Positions 15,412 to 17,377 of a stretch of 17,377 bases of DNA are shown here, in pieces. The position numbers and the translations under genes were made by a program. Source of the stretch: Planctomycetota bacterium (GTDB lineage: Bacteria; Planctomycetota; Planctomycetia; Pirellulales; Lacipirellulaceae); contig JBCCXZ010000070.1 in the NCBI GenBank assembly GCA_039190745.1, forward strand, positions 1 to 17,377, in the 5' to 3' direction. The notes beneath the pieces were generated by a model, which was given only the letters and a program-made list of their open reading frames with translations, was not told the origin of the DNA and searched no databases. Numbering within the stretch: position 1 is the stretch's first letter; each line of letters opens with the position of its first letter.

Positions 15412-17121
15412 ATGTCCAAACTCGGCGACTACCTCATCAAGAAGGGCATGCTCGGCCCCGAGCAGCTCCAGGAAGCCGAGACCGTTGCGAACTCGCGCAA
15501 GCTACGCATCCAAGACGCGCTGGCGCAACTCGGGTACGTCGGGGCTGAGCAGATCGCCAAGTCGCTCGCCGACATCCACGGCTACCAGTACTACGACCTC
15601 AACAACGCACCGATCCCGCCCGCGGTGGTCGAGTTGGTCCCCGAGTCGGTCGCCCGCGAGAACAAAGTCATCCCGTTCTCGGTGGAAGACGACAAGCTGA
15701 TGGTGCTCGTCGCCGACCCCGACGACTTCGCCACTTTCGAGAAGCTCCGCTTTATCCTCAACCGCCAGATCGAAATCGGCCTTGCGACCGAGGCCGACAT
15801 CAACGAGGCGATCAACCGGAACTACGGCCAAGTCGACGGCGAGAGCGCCGACTCGATGCTGCAAGAGTTCACCGACACCGCGATCGACTTCACCGAGACC
15901 GAAGACGACGACGGCGGCGGCGGTGGAGACGACGGCGACGTTGTTGACGAGACCAGCGCACCCATCGTCCGGCTCGTGCAGCTGATGATCGGCGAGGCCG
16001 TGCAGCTCCGCGCCTCGGATATCCACGTCGAGCCTTTCGAAGACCGGGTCCGCATCCGCTACCGCATCGACGGCGTATTAGTGGAGCGCGACAGCCCGCC
16101 CCGGCGTCTGCTCGGAGCCCTGCTCTCCCGCATCAAGATCCTCGCCAAGATGGATATCTCCGAGCGGCGACGCTGCCAGGACGGCCGCATCAAGATCACC
16201 GCCGGCGGCAAAGAGCTCGACCTCCGCGTCAGCATGCTGCCGACCAACCACGGCCAGTCGTGCGTGATGCGTCTGCTGGACAAAGACAACATCAAGATCG
16301 GCGTCCGCCAGCTGGGACTCTCCGAACGCGACTTCCGCATCTTCCGCAACATCATCCGACGGCCCAACGGGATTCTGCTCGTGACGGGGCCGACCGGTTC
16401 GGGCAAGACGACCACGCTCTACGCGGCGATGAACGAGCTGAACCGGCCCGACCGCAAGATCATCACCGCCGAAGACCCGGTCGAGTACTACCTCCCCGGC
16501 ATCAACCAGGTGGAAGTCAAGCACGGCATCGGGCTCGACTTTGCGAAAATCATCAAGGCAATGCTCCGCCAGGCGCCCAACGTGATCCTCGTTGGCGAAA
16601 TGCGCGACCACGAAACCGCCTCAATGGGCATCCAGGCATCGTTGACGGGCCACTTGGTGTTCAGCACCCTCCACACGAACGACGCCCCTGGCGCAATCAC
16701 GCGGATGGTCGACATCGGCGTGCCCGCATACCTCGTCGCGGGCAGCGTGGTGGGCGTGCTCGCTCAGCGGCTCGTCCGCGTCAACTGCTCCAAGTGCAAA
16801 CAGCCTTACCAGCCGTCGGCCTCACAGATCGAATCGGCCGGCATTACCAAAGAACAGGCTGCCAACGCCACCTTTATGATGGGCAAGGGCTGCGACCACT
16901 GCGGCAAGAGCGGTTACCGCGGCAGGCTCGGCATTTTCGAGCTGATGACCATGACCTCGAAAGTCCGCGAGTTGTCGTTCGCCGGGGCTGCTACCACCGA
17001 AATCCGTAAGGCCGCTGTAAGCGAAGGCATGACCACTCTTTATGAAGACGGTCTCCGCAAGGTCTGCGAGGGGATCACCACCATCGAAGAGGTGCTCCGC
17101 GTCTCGAAGAAGACGGAGTAA
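15412..17121 (+). CDS. pilB: Type IV pilus assembly / type II secretion ATPase (PilB/GspE family), 569 aa
   Basis: ATG 15412 after GAGG. MshEN-like N-terminus, ASDIHVEP, RYRIDG, QDGRI, Walker A GPTGSGKT, AEDPVEY, Walker B ILVGEMRD, His box TGHLVFSTLHTN, and tetracysteine CSKC...CDHC. Confidence 0.93.
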   Translation: MSKLGDYLIKKGMLGPEQLQEAETVANSRKLRIQDALAQLGYVGAEQIAKSLADIHGYQYYDLNNAPIPPAVVELVPESVARENKVIPFSVEDDKLMVLVADPDDFATFEKLRFILNRQIEIGLATEADINEAINRNYGQVDGESADSMLQEFTDTAIDFTETEDDDGGGGGDDGDVVDETSAPIVRLVQLMIGEAVQLRASDIHVEPFEDRVRIRYRIDGVLVERDSPPRRLLGALLSRIKILAKMDISERRRCQDGRIKITAGGKELDLRVSMLPTNHGQSCVMRLLDKDNIKIGVRQLGLSERDFRIFRNIIRRPNGILLVTGPTGSGKTTTLYAAMNELNRPDRKIITAEDPVEYYLPGINQVEVKHGIGLDFAKIIKAMLRQAPNVILVGEMRDHETASMGIQASLTGHLVFSTLHTNDAPGAITRMVDIGVPAYLVAGSVVGVLAQRLVRVNCSKCKQPYQPSASQIESAGITKEQAANATFMMGKGCDHCGKSGYRGRLGIFELMTMTSKVRELSFAGAATTEIRKAAVSEGMTTLYEDGLRKVCEGITTIEEVLRVSKKTE

Positions 17122-17377
17122 TCCTCCTCAGGAACCGCCTGAACCGGCACTAAACCGCCCCCGCGATCGACACTATGTGCTTACTTCCCTTGAGTTTATG
17201 CGCCCCCTTGCAAATACTGAGAAGGGAAGCGGGTCGAACTACCGGCGGGTGCTACTCCACCGCCTCACCCGACCGAAGACCCTCCCGGCAGGAACAGGTG
17301 AGCCGTCGCCGGAACAGCGGCTCCAAGCACGAACCAACCACGCCGCCGATCCGCGGTTAGTCAACCACCGCCGCGCG

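Noticed and set aside
15898..15945. GAC/GGC triplet runs encoding EDDDGGGGGDDGD in PilB
   Set aside because: In-frame low-complexity interdomain linker, too short and impure for phase variation.
17175..17360. 61-aa ORF and 8-bp inverted repeat CTTCCCTT/AAGGGAAG (17184-17229) after pilB
   Set aside because: No SD, no motif and atypical composition. Probably the upstream region of the next gene beyond the window, and the repeat alone is too weak to call.

Overview
Nucleotides ~536-17377 look like ordinary chromosomal DNA from a high-GC bacterium, probably a planctomycete (inferred from gene content and style). In order it carries: a PHP/HisJ-family phosphatase (-), tRNA-Arg(CCT), a DUF2513 protein with an unusual tail, a five-gene glucosylglycerate/mannosylglucosylglycerate (GG/MGG) compatible-solute cluster (extra GT-B glycosyltransferase, HAD phosphatase, MggA-like GT4, GH13_18 glucosylglycerate phosphorylase, GpgS), then directly abutting it a five-gene fatty-acid modification cluster (FAD oxidoreductase, DUF1365, CFA-type methyltransferase, DUF1295, second methyltransferase; ufaD/ufaO/ufaM-like), a small secreted protein and a PilB/GspE ATPase. 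Two 73-bp GTRG-type REP doublets bracket the last two lipid genes. The first ~535 nt are foreign: about 48% GC by hand count against about 65% just downstream. They hold a cyanobacterial-type recA 5' end with promoter and LexA box, fused at ~533-540 to the truncated 3' end of the PHP gene, most likely an assembly or amplification chimera. No clearly new system can be proven from sequence alone. The best candidates are the unexplained second glycosyltransferase in the MGG cluster, the apparent osmolyte-plus-lipid super-operon, and the covarying REP family.
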